The notes under the pieces: generated by a model
Told to the model about the DNA's origin: nothing
The model's input: only the letters and a program-made list of their open reading frames with translations
Database searches by the model: none
Shown here: positions 1-9,498 of the stretch, piece after piece
Layout: every line of letters begins with the position of its first letter
Position numbering within the stretch: the first letter of the stretch is position 1
Source: Erysipelotrichaceae bacterium
GTDB taxonomy: Bacteria; Bacillota_I; Bacilli_A; Erysipelotrichales; Coprobacillaceae
Length of the DNA: 32,000 nucleotides
Direction of reading: 5' to 3'
NCBI GenBank assembly: GCA_028698185.1
Contig: JAQVDW010000002.1
Location: 90,001-122,000 of the forward strand
Position numbers and translations under genes: made by a program

Positions 1-109
1 AAAGAAGATTATTGCCCTCATTTTCCCGGTTGAACAGGGCCGCAAACTCCCCTTCAAACAGTTCCCGCTCAAGGTGGGAGCAATTAAAAAAATACAGATA
101 CTCGCTCAT
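1..109 (-). CDS. N-terminal fragment of a CDS running off the left edge; function not assignable
   Basis: ATG at 107-109 (minus) lies 5 nt after AAGGAG (115-120). The frame is open to base 1 (MSEYLYFFNCSHLERELFEGEFAALFNRENEGNNLL...). It is truncated, so it is absent from the ORF track. 36 aa is too short for a family call. Confidence 0.45.
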   Translation of the reverse strand, partial: MSEYLYFFNCSHLERELFEGEFAALFNRENEGNNLL

Positions 110-120
110 TTTTACTCCTT

Positions 121-145
121 AAAAAAAGCCCGGATTTCCAGGCTT
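121..145 (-). terminator. Rho-independent terminator after the thioredoxin-like gene
   Basis: Minus strand reads AGCCTGG-AAAT-CCGGGCT (7 bp, one G-U) followed by T7 (121-127). The stem starts at the TAA stop (144-146). It directly abuts the RBS of the next gene, so that gene would depend on read-through. Confidence 0.6.
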
Positions 146-425
146 AACGAATTCCCTTGATAGCAGCAACAATCTCCTCGACTGTCGCGACTTTTCCGGT
201 AAATAAAATTTTCCCGTCAACCAGTAGCGCCGGAGTTGACATCACTCCAAGTTTGGCGATCTCCACAACGTCTTTGACATGCTCAATCGGCTCGGTGATA
301 TCCAGCCTCTTCAGGGCTTCCACTGTATTGGCTTCAAGCGCATTGCACTTGGCGCATCCGGTTCCTAGAACCTTGATGTCTGATTTGACTTCCTGCTCAA
401 TTTTTTTGCTGAATAATTTAATCAT
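144..425 (-). CDS. Small thioredoxin-fold protein (redox-active disulfide protein 2 family)
   Basis: 93 aa from ATG 425, with an ATGA overlap onto the arsR stop. The start at 449 in the ORF track is an in-frame extension into arsR. Motifs KVLGTGCAKCNALE (CxxC) and GVMSTPALLVDGK fit the roughly 80-aa TM0996/MTH895-type family usually found next to ArsR regulators. Confidence 0.8.
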   Translation of the reverse strand: MIKLFSKKIEQEVKSDIKVLGTGCAKCNALEANTVEALKRLDITEPIEHVKDVVEIAKLGVMSTPALLVDGKILFTGKVATVEEIVAAIKGIR

Positions 426-733
426 TCTTCTTCTCCCGTACAGCCACAAACAGGCAAAGTTTCCTTACTATTACTCGACTCCAGAGTGTCCCCGAATTTT
501 TTCAACTTCCCGGCACATTCCTGATTGATTGAATAATGGGTCCATTTGCCATCACGCCGGGCGTCAATGACTTGGGCTTCGACCAATATCTTAAGATGAT
601 GTGACAGGGTCGATTGGACACAAGGGACACTTTCCAAAATCACGCAAGCGCACCTTTCACCTTCTTGTAGAATCTTAACGATTTCCAACCGAGTCGGATC
701 ACTTAGTGCTTTGAATATTTTTACCATTTCCAT
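422..733 (-). CDS. ArsR/SmtB-family metalloregulatory transcriptional repressor
   Basis: 103 aa from ATG 733 (MEMVKIFKALSDPTRLEIVKIL...). The start at 844 in the ORF track would overlap the glycerate kinase gene. It has a winged-helix core (QSTLSHHLKIL, RDGKWTHY), a CAC motif in the ArsR As(III)-site position (ERCACVILE) and a C-terminal CGC. Confidence 0.85.
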   Translation of the reverse strand: MEMVKIFKALSDPTRLEIVKILQEGERCACVILESVPCVQSTLSHHLKILVEAQVIDARRDGKWTHYSINQECAGKLKKFGDTLESSNSKETLPVCGCTGEEE

Positions 734-761
734 AATCTCACCTGCTTTCAGTCTATCATGA

Positions 762-781
762 ATATCGACAATCGTCAATAT
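762..781. promoter_or_regulatory. Imperfect 20-bp palindrome, candidate ArsR operator, overlapping a possible -35
   Basis: ATATcGACaATcGTCaATAT has 16/20 symmetric positions. On the minus strand TTGACG (773-778), a 17-nt spacer and TAGACT (750-755) could be a promoter. However, the predicted TSS would fall on the SD (AGGTGAG, 737-743), so the promoter call is weak. Confidence 0.35.
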
Positions 782-791
782 AACCTGTTTT

Positions 792-1913
792 CTATAACAA
801 TATTCGGGCAATGTTTTTGCTTGTAAATTCCAAAGCGGCCGCACCGTCTTTTAATGCAGCTTCCAGCGTCTTAGGCTGGTTTGTGATTGAAAATGCGGCC
901 GTAAGCCCGATCGCGTAAAGATCTTCAAGGTCGAAATCGACTCGTCCTGCCAAGGCGATCAGGGGAATGAGATTTTTTTTGGTCAATTTGGCAATCCCGC
1001 TGATTGTTTTTCCCTGAGCCGTCTGGCTGTCGATGCTTCCCTCCCCGGTAAACACATAATCGGCATCCGCAATCTTGTTCTTGAAATCGGTCAGCTCGAG
1101 GATCAATTCGATGCCCTTTTCCATTTTTGCATTAAGCAGATAGAATGCGCCACCAAGACCGCCTGCAGCTCCAGTAGCCTTGACTTGACCCAGGTTGATG
1201 CCAAGTTCATGGTCAATTATGCCATTGAGATGGATCAGGCAAGTCTCCAGATAGTCAAGCTGTTGGGGGGTTGCCCCTTTCTGGGGACCGAAAACGAAAG
1301 TCGCACCGTTGGGACCGATATACGGATTTTCGACATCGTTGGCAATTACGATTTCGACATTTTTCACAGTTTCCAAAGCACCGCTGAAGTCAATGTGTCG
1401 GATTTTCAGGATGTTCTCGATGGCAAGGGGCAGTTCTTTGCCTTCATCATCGTAAATCTTGGCTCCCAGTCCGACCAGCATACCAAGACCGCCATCGTTG
1501 GTACCGCTGCCACCCAATCCCACTATGATTTTTTCGATCCCACTCTGGCATATATGCCTAAGCAATTGGCCCAATCCATAGGATGTCGCTTGCAACGGGT
1601 TGCGCTGGCTAGGCTCAACCAGATCCAGTCCGACCGCCTTGGCCGATTCGACCACCGCCATTGTCCCTTTGACTAGATAATCACAGCTTATAAGCTGGTT
1701 GTAATGGTTGAATATCTCGAGTTCTAAAACCTGACCGTCGATGACGCTGTTAAGGATCTCCAGGGTCCCCTCGCCCCCGTCAGCAAGAGGGATCAGGACA
1801 GTCTCGATTTCTCCTTGGGCTCCGGTCTTCAGGCCCCGCTCGATTGCTTTGGCCGCGTCCAGGGCGGAGATGCTTTCTTTGAATGAGTCACAGGCAATCA
1901 CTATTTTCTTCAT
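792..1913 (-). CDS. glxK: Glycerate kinase
   Basis: 373 aa. The N-terminus MKKIVIACDSFKESISALDAAKAIERG and the motifs GGSGTNDGGLGML and TGEGSIDSQT are characteristic of the glycerate kinase (GlxK/GarK) family. Confidence 0.9.
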   Translation of the reverse strand: MKKIVIACDSFKESISALDAAKAIERGLKTGAQGEIETVLIPLADGGEGTLEILNSVIDGQVLELEIFNHYNQLISCDYLVKGTMAVVESAKAVGLDLVEPSQRNPLQATSYGLGQLLRHICQSGIEKIIVGLGGSGTNDGGLGMLVGLGAKIYDDEGKELPLAIENILKIRHIDFSGALETVKNVEIVIANDVENPYIGPNGATFVFGPQKGATPQQLDYLETCLIHLNGIIDHELGINLGQVKATGAAGGLGGAFYLLNAKMEKGIELILELTDFKNKIADADYVFTGEGSIDSQTAQGKTISGIAKLTKKNLIPLIALAGRVDFDLEDLYAIGLTAAFSITNQPKTLEAALKDGAAALEFTSKNIARILL

Positions 1914-1921
1914 AAAATCTC

Positions 1922-2722
1922 CTATCGATTGTTTTTTTGAAAATGTTGGAAAGTCATGATCGCGATCAAGGTCAAACAGGCGAAGACGACAATGGTCCCT
2001 CCGGGACGCAGATCAAAATAGAACGACATCGTTATTCCCCCAAGAGTGAACAGGCTTGAAAGGGCCATGGCGGTCAGCATATTCGACTTGTACGACTTTG
2101 ACAGCAACAGACCGCAGGCCACCGGAATCACAAGCAAGCTCGAGATTATCAGGGCTCCGACAATCCGGGCCGAAATGGCAATAGTCAATCCGACCATTAC
2201 AGTGAAAAGGAAATTGATCGCCTTGACGTTGACACCGTTGCGGCCGGCCTCAAGTTCATTGAAAGAGTAGAACATGAACTGGTAATAAAATATGTAACAA
2301 AGCCCGATTACAAGCAGCGACAGCACGACGACAGTGTAGAACTCGCCCTGGGAAATCGCCACTATTGAACCGAACAGGAAGCTTGTGATTGATACAGATG
2401 AGTCGATAAAACCCGATAGGATTCCGGCAATACCCACACCTAAAGACATGATTATCGCAATTGCAATCTCACTGTTTTCCCTCATTTTGCGACCTACAAC
2501 GGTAACCGCGAAGGAAAGGAAAACCGCAATGATGGTCGCAGCGATCGTGGGGTTGATTCCCACAATCAGGCCGAAACAGACCCCCGCCAGGGCACCATGG
2601 CTCAAGGCGTCGCCGAGCATGGAATACTTGCGCAACACCAAAACCTGGCCGACCAGCGGAATCGCCAGGGAAACCAGAAACCCGACAAGCAAGGCTTTTT
2701 GCATGAAAACATATCCTAGCAT
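1922..2722 (-). CDS. Metal (Zn/Mn-type) ABC transporter permease, ABC-3 family
   Basis: 266 aa, very hydrophobic with multiple TM segments, and the ABC-3 (ZnuB/TroC/AdcB) pattern (LGDALSHGALAG). ATGA start/stop overlap with the ATPase gene at 2720-2724. Confidence 0.85.
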   Translation of the reverse strand: MLGYVFMQKALLVGFLVSLAIPLVGQVLVLRKYSMLGDALSHGALAGVCFGLIVGINPTIAATIIAVFLSFAVTVVGRKMRENSEIAIAIIMSLGVGIAGILSGFIDSSVSITSFLFGSIVAISQGEFYTVVVLSLLVIGLCYIFYYQFMFYSFNELEAGRNGVNVKAINFLFTVMVGLTIAISARIVGALIISSLLVIPVACGLLLSKSYKSNMLTAMALSSLFTLGGITMSFYFDLRPGGTIVVFACLTLIAIMTFQHFQKNNR

Positions 2723-3372
2723 CAGAGCACCTCGCTCAAGAATATCTTCTTGTCTTTAAAGATGTAGATTTCGTCGGCGATGGCTTCCAGCTGTTTTTTG
2801 TTATGGAGGATGATCACGATTGTCTTGCCCAATTTTTTAAGCTGCAATATAAGTTCCATCATTTCCTCCTGGGTTTTCTCGTCAAGCTGGTTGAGCGGTT
2901 CGTCAAGCAAAATCAGGTCCGGATGGGTCGACAAGGTCTTTACGATCATGACCCGCTGCAGCTGCCCGCCCGAGAGCTGGTTCAGCTTGCTTTTGGCGAT
3001 ATGGCTAAGCTGGAAATCCTCAAGAAGATGTCCAACATGCCTGTTATGCCGGGATTTCGCCATATGTTTGATCGAATTGATATGGTACATCAGCACAAGT
3101 TCCTCGACATTCAGCGGTGTCCCGTTGATCATGTCGCGGTCATTTTGGCCAAGGAAACTGATTTTGACCTTTTCTTGACTCGTGATCTTCCCCTGCTGCG
3201 GTTTGAGTTCCCCTAGGATCAACTTGAGCAGCGTCGATTTGCCACAGCCGTTTTCGCCGTATAGTCCGATGATATTACCCTTGACAATATCCAGTGACAC
3301 GTCCGCAAAAATCTGGAAGTCGCCATATGCAAAACCGACTTGATCGAGGCTAATTAATTTGATCGAGGGCAT
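2722..3372 (-). CDS. Metal ABC transporter ATP-binding protein
   Basis: 216 aa with Walker A GENGCGKSTLLK, signature LSGGQLQRV and Walker B LILLDEP. It is flanked by cognate SBP and permease genes. Its 5' end overlaps the SBP gene by 23 nt. Confidence 0.9.
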   Translation of the reverse strand: MPSIKLISLDQVGFAYGDFQIFADVSLDIVKGNIIGLYGENGCGKSTLLKLILGELKPQQGKITSQEKVKISFLGQNDRDMINGTPLNVEELVLMYHINSIKHMAKSRHNRHVGHLLEDFQLSHIAKSKLNQLSGGQLQRVMIVKTLSTHPDLILLDEPLNQLDEKTQEEMMELILQLKKLGKTIVIILHNKKQLEAIADEIYIFKDKKIFLSEVL

Positions 3373-4234
3373 AGACGATATTCTCCAAATTTTGTCGCAT
3401 CACACTCAGGTAATCGGATCCCGCAGCGACGTCTTCGCTTGAAAGCGAGGCAATGGTGCTAAGGGGCAGCAGTTCGGTTCTGGTTTCCTGGGCGATTGTC
3501 TGCATCACCTTTTCATTGAGCTCTTCTTGATAGAAGATGACTTTGATCTGTTCGCTGTTGATATAGTCAACTGCGCTTTTGATCTGGTTGGCAGTTGCCT
3601 CACCTTCACTGGTGATTCCGGTAACCGATTTTTGGACGATACCGTAATCGGCGCAAAGATAGGCGAACGCCTCATGTTCCACCACGATTTCCCGGTTGAC
3701 AAACGGCGCCAACCCCTGCTCATAACTCTTATCAAGGTCTTCAAGCTCCTGAACATATTCATCATAGTTCGACTGGTAATAATCGGCATTATCGTTGTCA
3801 ATTTCACAATAGGCGTCCAGGATATTTTTCAATTCGATTTTGGCATTTTTCAATGAAAGCCAGGTATGAGGGTCCAGCCCATGGTCATTTTGGATCAGTT
3901 CGATTCCCTGGGCCGCCATGACAACCTTAAGCCGGTCGTTGCCTGAACTTTCAATTATGTCCTGGGCATAATGCTCGAGCTGGTCGCTGTTGTAGATAAA
4001 AAGATCCCCCGTCGCTACGTTGGCGATATTTTGGGAAGTCGGTTCGTAATTGTGGGCGTCACCGCCATCGCTTAGCAGCTGGGTAACCACAACATGGTCG
4101 CCACCGATAACCCGGGCGAATTCGCTCATGACATAGAATGTTGTATAGATTTCGATTTTATCACTGTCGTTACTTGGCGCATTGCACCCCGTAAGCAAAA
4201 AGATCATTGACAGTATTATTGATATTTTTTTCAT
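3350..4234 (-). CDS. Metal ABC transporter substrate-binding lipoprotein (cluster A-I/9, ZnuA/AdcA/TroA-like; probably zinc)
   Basis: 294 aa with a lipoprotein signal MKKISIILSMIFLLTGC. Candidate metal ligands sit in GGDAHNYEP, GLDPHTW and VVEHEAFAY. His rather than Glu in the third ligand motif favours Zn over Mn. There is no His-rich loop. RBS AAGGAG lies 6 nt upstream. Confidence 0.8.
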   Translation of the reverse strand: MKKISIILSMIFLLTGCNAPSNDSDKIEIYTTFYVMSEFARVIGGDHVVVTQLLSDGGDAHNYEPTSQNIANVATGDLFIYNSDQLEHYAQDIIESSGNDRLKVVMAAQGIELIQNDHGLDPHTWLSLKNAKIELKNILDAYCEIDNDNADYYQSNYDEYVQELEDLDKSYEQGLAPFVNREIVVEHEAFAYLCADYGIVQKSVTGITSEGEATANQIKSAVDYINSEQIKVIFYQEELNEKVMQTIAQETRTELLPLSTIASLSSEDVAAGSDYLSVMRQNLENIVYALDQIN

Positions 4235-4262
4235 TCACTGCTCCTTTTCCATCCGGCAAGAC

Positions 4263-5669
4263 TTAGCGGTAATACTTGAGAAACTTCTCGATTTCCAGGA
4301 CCGCTCCCTCTTGATCTTTGCCCGACATCAGATAATTTACCGTGCGATATGATGACGAATAGTCCAGGAAATCCTTGAACTTTTCATCAAGCATGTCGGA
4401 ATATTTGCGGTAATGATTGTAATAGTAGTCGCCCTGGCTGTCGTCCTTGTTCTGGATGACAGCCCCCAGCACTTTGTCTTCGCTGTCGTAAATCACATCG
4501 GTGTGGACCTGGCTGAAGGCGATTCTGGCCAGGGTGTAAAGATTCAAATCGGTTGTCTTGACTTTTAAGAAACTATAGCCAATCGACATGTAATGACGCA
4601 AGGCACCGACCACTTCGTTCACCAGGGAATCAAAATCATACCCTTTGATTCCGATTACGGAATTGATCGGCTTGGTTATTCCCATAAGGATATTTTCCTT
4701 TTCGATTCCATATACAAGGTCCATAGTGATGGTAGGCACGATGCGGTTTCTAGTCAGGGTCGGCTGGTAGTTGGTGAGTCCCTTGGCCACTCTGGATGTC
4801 ACAAGTTCCTGAAGTCCGGCCGATTTGGCATAGTCGAGTTTTTGCGCCTTGAAATTGTAGTTGAGATAGTAGTCCTGCTTCTTGCCCACGAGCTCCTTGA
4901 TGGATGACAGCGCCTTTTTCAGGCACTCCAGAGCTTCGTTGATCAAGGTCAGGTCGTGGATCGTAAGATTGTTGTCTCCCAGGCCATAGTTGAATTTGAC
5001 CCCCGCAAAAGTGCTGTTCATCAAAGAAACATAGAAACAGCGTTTGTAAAGGCTGGGTGTCTGTTCTGGAAAGCAGTGCTCATGACCGATGACGAAATCC
5101 GCTTCATTAAGGTAAATCTGGATGCTCAGGGAACGGATCTTGTTGATGACAAAGAAAAGGTCATTGACCCTGACAACGGTGAACGAATCAAATCTGATTT
5201 TCTGGAAAATGCGCTCAAGATCTCCAAGAAGCTCGGCGGAAGGCTTGACATCCTGGGCCGCAAGCTTGCCCGCTGCCAACCGGCTGTCGACCAGCTTCTG
5301 ATTTTTCGATACAAATGCCCGGCTGTTGGAACTGACTATCTCCGGATATTTCTTGGCGCTTGCCGTCGGTTTGACGAAATAGACAAATATTTCGCTGCTA
5401 CGTGACTTGATGATCATTTCTTCGGTCATGGTATCGAACATCGAAGAGACATTGACCATCTCGCTGTCAATCAAGTGGGGCCCCGCTTCCCGGACCCGGC
5501 CGAAAACCGTTCCGTCCAGGACCAGGGTGTATGTTTCGTCAAATTCTTCATCAACGCTGATCATCGCCGCTCTTGCAATCTGGTCAAGTGTCGTTTTTTC
5601 CTGAACCGCCAGATCATAGAAAACATTATATTCTTTGTTGTTGCCAATTCTGATTATATATCCTTGCAT
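4263..5669 (-). CDS. Hypothetical 468-aa soluble protein, no recognisable family
   Basis: Long uninterrupted ORF with ATG at 5667-5669 and a GAGGTG-type RBS 5 nt upstream. I found no signal peptide, TM segment, P-loop or other motif I can place. Only 28 nt with no terminator separate it from the SBP gene, so co-transcription is likely. Confidence 0.7.
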   Translation of the reverse strand: MQGYIIRIGNNKEYNVFYDLAVQEKTTLDQIARAAMISVDEEFDETYTLVLDGTVFGRVREAGPHLIDSEMVNVSSMFDTMTEEMIIKSRSSEIFVYFVKPTASAKKYPEIVSSNSRAFVSKNQKLVDSRLAAGKLAAQDVKPSAELLGDLERIFQKIRFDSFTVVRVNDLFFVINKIRSLSIQIYLNEADFVIGHEHCFPEQTPSLYKRCFYVSLMNSTFAGVKFNYGLGDNNLTIHDLTLINEALECLKKALSSIKELVGKKQDYYLNYNFKAQKLDYAKSAGLQELVTSRVAKGLTNYQPTLTRNRIVPTITMDLVYGIEKENILMGITKPINSVIGIKGYDFDSLVNEVVGALRHYMSIGYSFLKVKTTDLNLYTLARIAFSQVHTDVIYDSEDKVLGAVIQNKDDSQGDYYYNHYRKYSDMLDEKFKDFLDYSSSYRTVNYLMSGKDQEGAVLEIEKFLKYYR

Positions 5670-5732
5670 AAAAACACCTCTTCATATCATTTTACTATAT
5701 TTAGAGCCATTAAAAAAGTGTTAAGAATTATT

Positions 5733-5760
5733 AAAAAGGCAAAAGCTCCGCTTTTGCCTT
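5733..5760 (-). terminator. Rho-independent terminator of the MATE gene
   Basis: Minus strand reads AAGGCAAAAGC-GGA-GCTTTTGCCTT followed by a T-run. The stem overlaps the TAA stop at 5759-5761. Confidence 0.8.
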
Positions 5761-7099
5761 AAGTGTTTACTAATTTATAATTTTGCCGCCACCAGCGATA
5801 ATAGGCGCCACTTAAAACGACACTGGCAAGCAGCCACGATCCGCATTCCCCCAAAGGAACTGCCAAAAATCCCAGTTGATTTAGAAGAAGGCCACAGATG
5901 ACAAACCGGGCCAGCAGCTCCAACACCCCGGAAAACAAGGCGACAAACTGGTAGTCCATGGCTTGCAAAGCGTTGCGATAAACAAACAGCACTCCTAGCA
6001 ATGGCAGAAAATAACGGATATTGTCAAGGTAGACCCCGGCATAATCCATGGCTTCATGCGAAGGATTTTCGATAAACACCTTGACGACATTCTGCCCGAA
6101 CAAGGTTATGACAATGGCACAACCGATGGCTATGAAAATAGCCAATACCGCCGACTGGTTGACACCTTTGTAAATCCGGCGGAAGTCGCCGGCACCGAAA
6201 TTCTGTCCGGTGTAGGTGGCGACACCAACCCCCAAAGCCGGCATGATCTGGGTCACGATATTCACCGAGCGCGATGCTCCGGTAAAAGCCGCGACAGCAC
6301 TCGATCCAAACGAGTTTACCGCTGCTTGCAATATCATGATTCCGATTGAAATTATTGAAAAATTGAACGCCATCGGGATACCGATCTTCAACAGGAAGAA
6401 TGCCGTCTCCCGGTCAAAGTAGCGCTGTTTGACATCAGGCCGCAAGATTTCAAACTTCTTGAACATGTAGATGAAAACCAGAACCATCGCAATCGACTGC
6501 GACAATACAGTCGCATAAGCCGCACCGTCGACCGACATCCTGAAAAAAGCGATGAAACTGTAGTCGAATACAATATTCAGTACCGATGAAATGATCAGGA
6601 AATACAGCGGCGTCTTGCTGTCGCCTACCCCGCGCAAGATGGCCCCGGCTATATTGTAATAAATCAAAGGTACCAGCCCCATGTAAATGACCCTGATGTA
6701 GCTGTTGGCCAGGGTGATGATGTCAGATGGCGTATTCATCAATGCGAGTATTTCCATCGAAAAACTCGTCGCCAATATGGTCAAAACAAAAGCGATGGCC
6801 CCTCCCAATACAAGCGACACAAAAACAAGGTGGCGGAGCCATTCATAGCTCTTTTTCCCATATGCCCTGGCAATCGCCACCCCGAACCCCTGGGTCATCC
6901 CGATCGCAAAACCAACCACCAAAAACATCAACGCTCCGGTGCAACCGACGGCTCCAAGCGCCTTTTCGCCCAAAAGGCGGCCGACAATTATCGCATCGAC
7001 CATATTGTAAAACTGTTGAAACAAGTTTCCCAGAAAAACCGGAAATGTGAACCACACTATATGTTTTAATGGGTTGCCCTTAGTCATGTCCAATTCCAT
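5759..7099 (-). CDS. MATE family efflux transporter
   Basis: 446 aa, roughly 12 TM. The N-terminus (KGNPLKHIVWFTFPVFLGNLFQQFYNMVDAIIVGRLLGEKALGAVG) is the typical MatE repeat signature. RBS AGGAGG lies 8 nt upstream. Confidence 0.9.
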   Translation of the reverse strand: MELDMTKGNPLKHIVWFTFPVFLGNLFQQFYNMVDAIIVGRLLGEKALGAVGCTGALMFLVVGFAIGMTQGFGVAIARAYGKKSYEWLRHLVFVSLVLGGAIAFVLTILATSFSMEILALMNTPSDIITLANSYIRVIYMGLVPLIYYNIAGAILRGVGDSKTPLYFLIISSVLNIVFDYSFIAFFRMSVDGAAYATVLSQSIAMVLVFIYMFKKFEILRPDVKQRYFDRETAFFLLKIGIPMAFNFSIISIGIMILQAAVNSFGSSAVAAFTGASRSVNIVTQIMPALGVGVATYTGQNFGAGDFRRIYKGVNQSAVLAIFIAIGCAIVITLFGQNVVKVFIENPSHEAMDYAGVYLDNIRYFLPLLGVLFVYRNALQAMDYQFVALFSGVLELLARFVICGLLLNQLGFLAVPLGECGSWLLASVVLSGAYYRWWRQNYKLVNT

Positions 7100-7173
7100 G
7101 CAAATTTCCTCCTGTGTGATATTGTAACAGAAAAGAGGTTATCTGATGCGGATTTTTCTCAAACGGAAAACCT

Positions 7174-8022
7174 TTAACGCATATTTTTGTTTTCCTTGAG
7201 CAGTCGGGCTACTGTTTTGCCGACCCCGTTTTCATTGTTCGATGGGATTATTTCCCGGGCAACTTTTTTGGCCTGAACCAGGCCGTTTGCCGGAACGTAA
7301 CCATGGGGTCCCAGGCGGAGCATGTCGACATCGTTCTCGCTGTCGCCAAATATAGCCACCCGGTCTAAGCCCAGACCTTTCTTGGCGACTATTGTTTCCA
7401 GGCGCCGGGCCTTCGAAACGTTTTTAGGTATTATTTCGACCCAATGTCTCCCGACCTGTAGCAAAGTGAAATCCCGGTTTAGTTCCCGCTTGATCTTTTG
7501 GAGCTTGTAGGGGTTGAAGGCAATAAAGCAGATCTTGTTCTGGCTGGCGAGTGCGACTTTACCGTTTGGGACATACTCGATTTCCACGGCTGCGCTCGAA
7601 GCAATTATCCGGCGGATCTTGCGTTTCAAAAAACCGATTTTCAAGGCGACCTTCATCAGAAAATTGTAGCCGCAGACAGTTTTTTCATCCGAAAAATAGA
7701 ACACCGAATAATCGTTTTCGTTCAACAGGCAGTGAATCCTTTCGACCTCGCCCTCACTCAGTGGCTCCGCCTTATGATAGGAGTCACTTTCAAATTCATA
7801 TAACTGGAGCCCATTTACCCCGATAAGGTATCCGCTTTTGAAATCCGCCATCTTCAACTGGGCAACCAGGCCTTCTAAGGTGTAAACATTCCGCCCGGTG
7901 GCCAAAACAAGCACCAACCCATCTTCCTGGGCCCGGATCAAAACATCCCGGTTGTAATCGGAAAGCTCCTTGTTGCGGTTAAGCAGGGTCCCGTCCAGGT
8001 CGGTCACAATCATCTCAATCAT
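7174..8022 (-). CDS. Cof-type HAD-IIB family hydrolase (sugar-phosphate phosphatase-like)
   Basis: 282 aa with HAD motif I MIVTDLDGTLL, motif II ATGR and motif IV GDSENDVDM. RBS AGGAGGG lies 7 nt upstream of ATG 8022. Confidence 0.85.
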   Translation of the reverse strand: MIEMIVTDLDGTLLNRNKELSDYNRDVLIRAQEDGLVLVLATGRNVYTLEGLVAQLKMADFKSGYLIGVNGLQLYEFESDSYHKAEPLSEGEVERIHCLLNENDYSVFYFSDEKTVCGYNFLMKVALKIGFLKRKIRRIIASSAAVEIEYVPNGKVALASQNKICFIAFNPYKLQKIKRELNRDFTLLQVGRHWVEIIPKNVSKARRLETIVAKKGLGLDRVAIFGDSENDVDMLRLGPHGYVPANGLVQAKKVAREIIPSNNENGVGKTVARLLKENKNMR

Positions 8023-8062
8023 TTTTACGCCCTCCTAATCGTTTAGATAATCCCATTATATC

Positions 8063-8086
8063 AAAAAAGCGCCGGGACTGGCGCTT
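8063..8086 (-). terminator. Rho-independent terminator of eno
   Basis: Minus strand reads AAGCGCC-AGTCCC-GGCGCTT followed by TTTTTT, about 50 nt after the eno stop. Confidence 0.8.
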
Positions 8087-8133
8087 CAAAATATGAAAGG
8101 AGCAAAGTTGCAATCGTTCCTAAGATAATTTTG

Positions 8134-9417
<1,284 letters not shown>

Positions 9418-9454
9418 TTATATATCCTCCTTGTTAGTCTTTTCTAACACGAGT

Positions 9455-9483
9455 ATTATATCATTTATTCGACACTTTTTCAA
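9455..9483 (-). promoter_or_regulatory. Sigma-A type promoter of eno
   Basis: Minus strand: TTGAAA (9478-9483), 17-nt spacer, TATAAT (9455-9460), about 30 nt upstream of AAGGAGG and ATG. Confidence 0.7.
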
Positions 9484-9498
9484 ATCATATGACTATTT

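Noticed and set aside
422-844. N-terminal extensions in the ORF track: 422-844, 144-449, 10286-11749, 14725-16242, 24294-24968, 29973-30539.
   Set aside because: The longest-ORF starts overlap upstream genes, include the true RBS or a terminator, or use GTG/TTG without an SD. Internal ATGs with proper AGGAG-type RBSs give N-termini matching the families.
973-980. T8 (A8 on the coding strand) homopolymer inside the glycerate kinase gene, considered as a slipped-strand phase-variation tract.
   Set aside because: It is short, encodes an ordinary Lys-Lys-Asn stretch, and the frame is intact. Similar A7 runs occur in several other genes here.
5721-5734. AT-rich near-palindrome TTAAGAATTATTAA upstream of the 468-aa gene, considered as a Zur/AdcR-type box.
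   Set aside because: It matches neither the Firmicute Zur box (TCGTAAT-n-ATTACGA type) nor the AdcR TTAAC-n-GTTAA consensus. It overlaps the MATE terminator. It is easily produced by chance in an AT-rich spacer, and I also could not place a convincing -35/-10 pair here.
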